From assembly GCA_027620105.1 (NCBI GenBank), contig JAQCIA010000001.1:1-24631 (forward strand): DNA of 24,631 nucleotides. Reading direction: 5' to 3'. The notes under the pieces were generated by a model that was given only the letters and a program-made list of their open reading frames with translations, was not told where the DNA came from and made no database searches. Position 1 is the stretch's first letter. Every line of letters begins with the position of its first letter. Both the position numbers and the translations under genes were made by a program. This DNA comes from Verrucomicrobiota bacterium. GTDB lineage: Bacteria; Verrucomicrobiota; Kiritimatiellia; UBA8416; JAIOPI01. This document shows, in pieces, positions 23,584-24,631 of this stretch.

Positions 23584-24631
23584 ATGCAACGCCTGCTGAC
23601 ATTCAAGCATCGCAGCGAAGAAGAAGAGGTCAAGGACGCCGGCCTGTCGCTGGACTTCGACGAGATCGCCCGCAAGGGGGCCATGTCGAAGGAAGAAACC
23701 ACCATCGCAAAATGGTTCGGCATCTATTCCTCGCGCCAGCCCGGCAACCACATGACCCGCGTGGTGATTCCCGGCGGGCAAATCACGTCAAGCCAGGCGC
23801 GCATTCTGGCCAAGACTTCCGAAATGTTTGCCCAGGGCAAGATGTGCGTGACCACGCGGCAGGCCATTCAGATGCACTGGATCAAGACCCCCAGCCTGCC
23901 CGACCTGCTGCGCGGGCTGGCCGAAGACGGCCTGTCGACCATGCACGGCTGCGGCGATGTGACGCGCAACGTCGCGGCCTGCCCGTTGGCCGAGACCTGC
24001 CGTTACCGCCGCATCAATGTGCTGCCCCACGCCAAGGACATCGCCGAACACCTGGGCGCCTGCCGCGACCTGGACAACCTGCCGCGCAAATTCAAGATCA
24101 CCCTTTCCGGATGCGGCGCGGGCTGTGCGCAGCCCTTTATCAATTGCATCGGAATCGTCGCGGTCCAGCGTGAACGCGCCGGCAAGACAGAAACTGGATT
24201 CAAGGTCATCATCGGCGGCGGCCAGGGCTGGAAGGCCTTCGTCGGCCAGGAAATGTTTTCGTTCGTGCCCACCGAAATGATCAAGCATGTCGCGCGCGCC
24301 GTCGGCCTGCTGTTCCGCGACCATGGCGACCGCTATAACCGCGCCAAGTCGCGCCTGAAGTTCGTGGTGCACCGCCAAGGCATTCCCAAGTGCCGTGAAA
24401 TTGTTTTGGAATTCCTGCAGAAGGAAGGTTTTGCCACGGACGCACTGGAAACGGAAGCCTTCGCAGAAACCGGGCCAGCCTATCCCGAGCGCCCGCTGAC
24501 GGAGGAAGATCCGGTCGGCACGGACAAGCGCGTCACCGTGCGCGCCATCATTCCCAAAGGGGAATTGGACCACCACGCCATGCGCCGCCTCGCGCAGCTT
24601 TCCGAAATCTACGGCAACAAACGCATCTACA
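23584..24631 (+). CDS. Siroheme-dependent sulfite/nitrite reductase hemoprotein (Sir/NirA/CysI family), 3' end runs off the window
   Basis: Translated by hand because it is absent from the ORF track. Open for 349 codons: KWFGIY, RVVIPGG, TTRQAIQMHW, GCGDVTRNV, NLPRKFK, RYNRAKSRLKF, and the start of a second ferredoxin-like repeat (VRAIIPKGELD...LSEIYG). Follows cysK, which suggests sulfite reduction. Confidence 0.92.
   Translation, partial: MQRLLTFKHRSEEEEVKDAGLSLDFDEIARKGAMSKEETTIAKWFGIYSSRQPGNHMTRVVIPGGQITSSQARILAKTSEMFAQGKMCVTTRQAIQMHWIKTPSLPDLLRGLAEDGLSTMHGCGDVTRNVAACPLAETCRYRRINVLPHAKDIAEHLGACRDLDNLPRKFKITLSGCGAGCAQPFINCIGIVAVQRERAGKTETGFKVIIGGGQGWKAFVGQEMFSFVPTEMIKHVARAVGLLFRDHGDRYNRAKSRLKFVVHRQGIPKCREIVLEFLQKEGFATDALETEAFAETGPAYPERPLTEEDPVGTDKRVTVRAIIPKGELDHHAMRRLAQLSEIYGNKRIY

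Noticed and set aside
1-24631. CRISPR array, tRNA/rRNA genes, transposases, integrases, prophage or defence genes
   Set aside because: I saw no regularly spaced direct repeats, no T-loop/CCA cloverleaf in any intergenic gap, and no mobile-element or nuclease motifs in real ORFs. This was by eye only, and tRNAscan-SE, Infernal and CRISPR finders were not run.

Overview
A high-GC, gene-dense chromosomal window from a diderm (Gram-negative-type) bacterium, as shown by an LPS-type GT9 glycosyltransferase, an outer-membrane beta-barrel and ExbB/ExbD. A PVC-group origin (Kiritimatiellota/Lentisphaerota/Verrucomicrobiota-like) is only my impression. The left third is housekeeping: a partial Zn-dependent dehydrogenase (not in the ORF track), GT9, TPR protein-cvpA-dnaG, and rpmE-prfA-[inverted beta-barrel gene]-prmC. 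From about 9.4 kb onward the window is a concentrated tetrapyrrole/sulfur/Fe-S region: resB-ccsA-sirC-FNR-miaB (mostly overlapping stops and starts), DUF423, a lysine 2,3-aminomutase-like radical SAM enzyme, exbB-exbD-thiI, chdC(hemQ)-hemE-cpfC(hemH), then cysK and a partial sulfite/nitrite reductase (not in the ORF track). Three observations stand out. (1) A Gram-positive-style coproporphyrin-dependent heme module sits in a diderm, without its oxidase gene. (2) The N-terminal repeat of the sulfite/nitrite reductase keeps a full C-X5-C-X37-C-X3-C siroheme-[4Fe-4S] motif, which is normally found only in the C-terminal repeat. (3) A 70-bp palindrome built from repeated CGCAGAG-like units lies just upstream of thiI. 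I saw no rRNA, tRNA, CRISPR array, transposase, integrase or phage gene. All family calls come from motif recognition by eye, and no database search was run.
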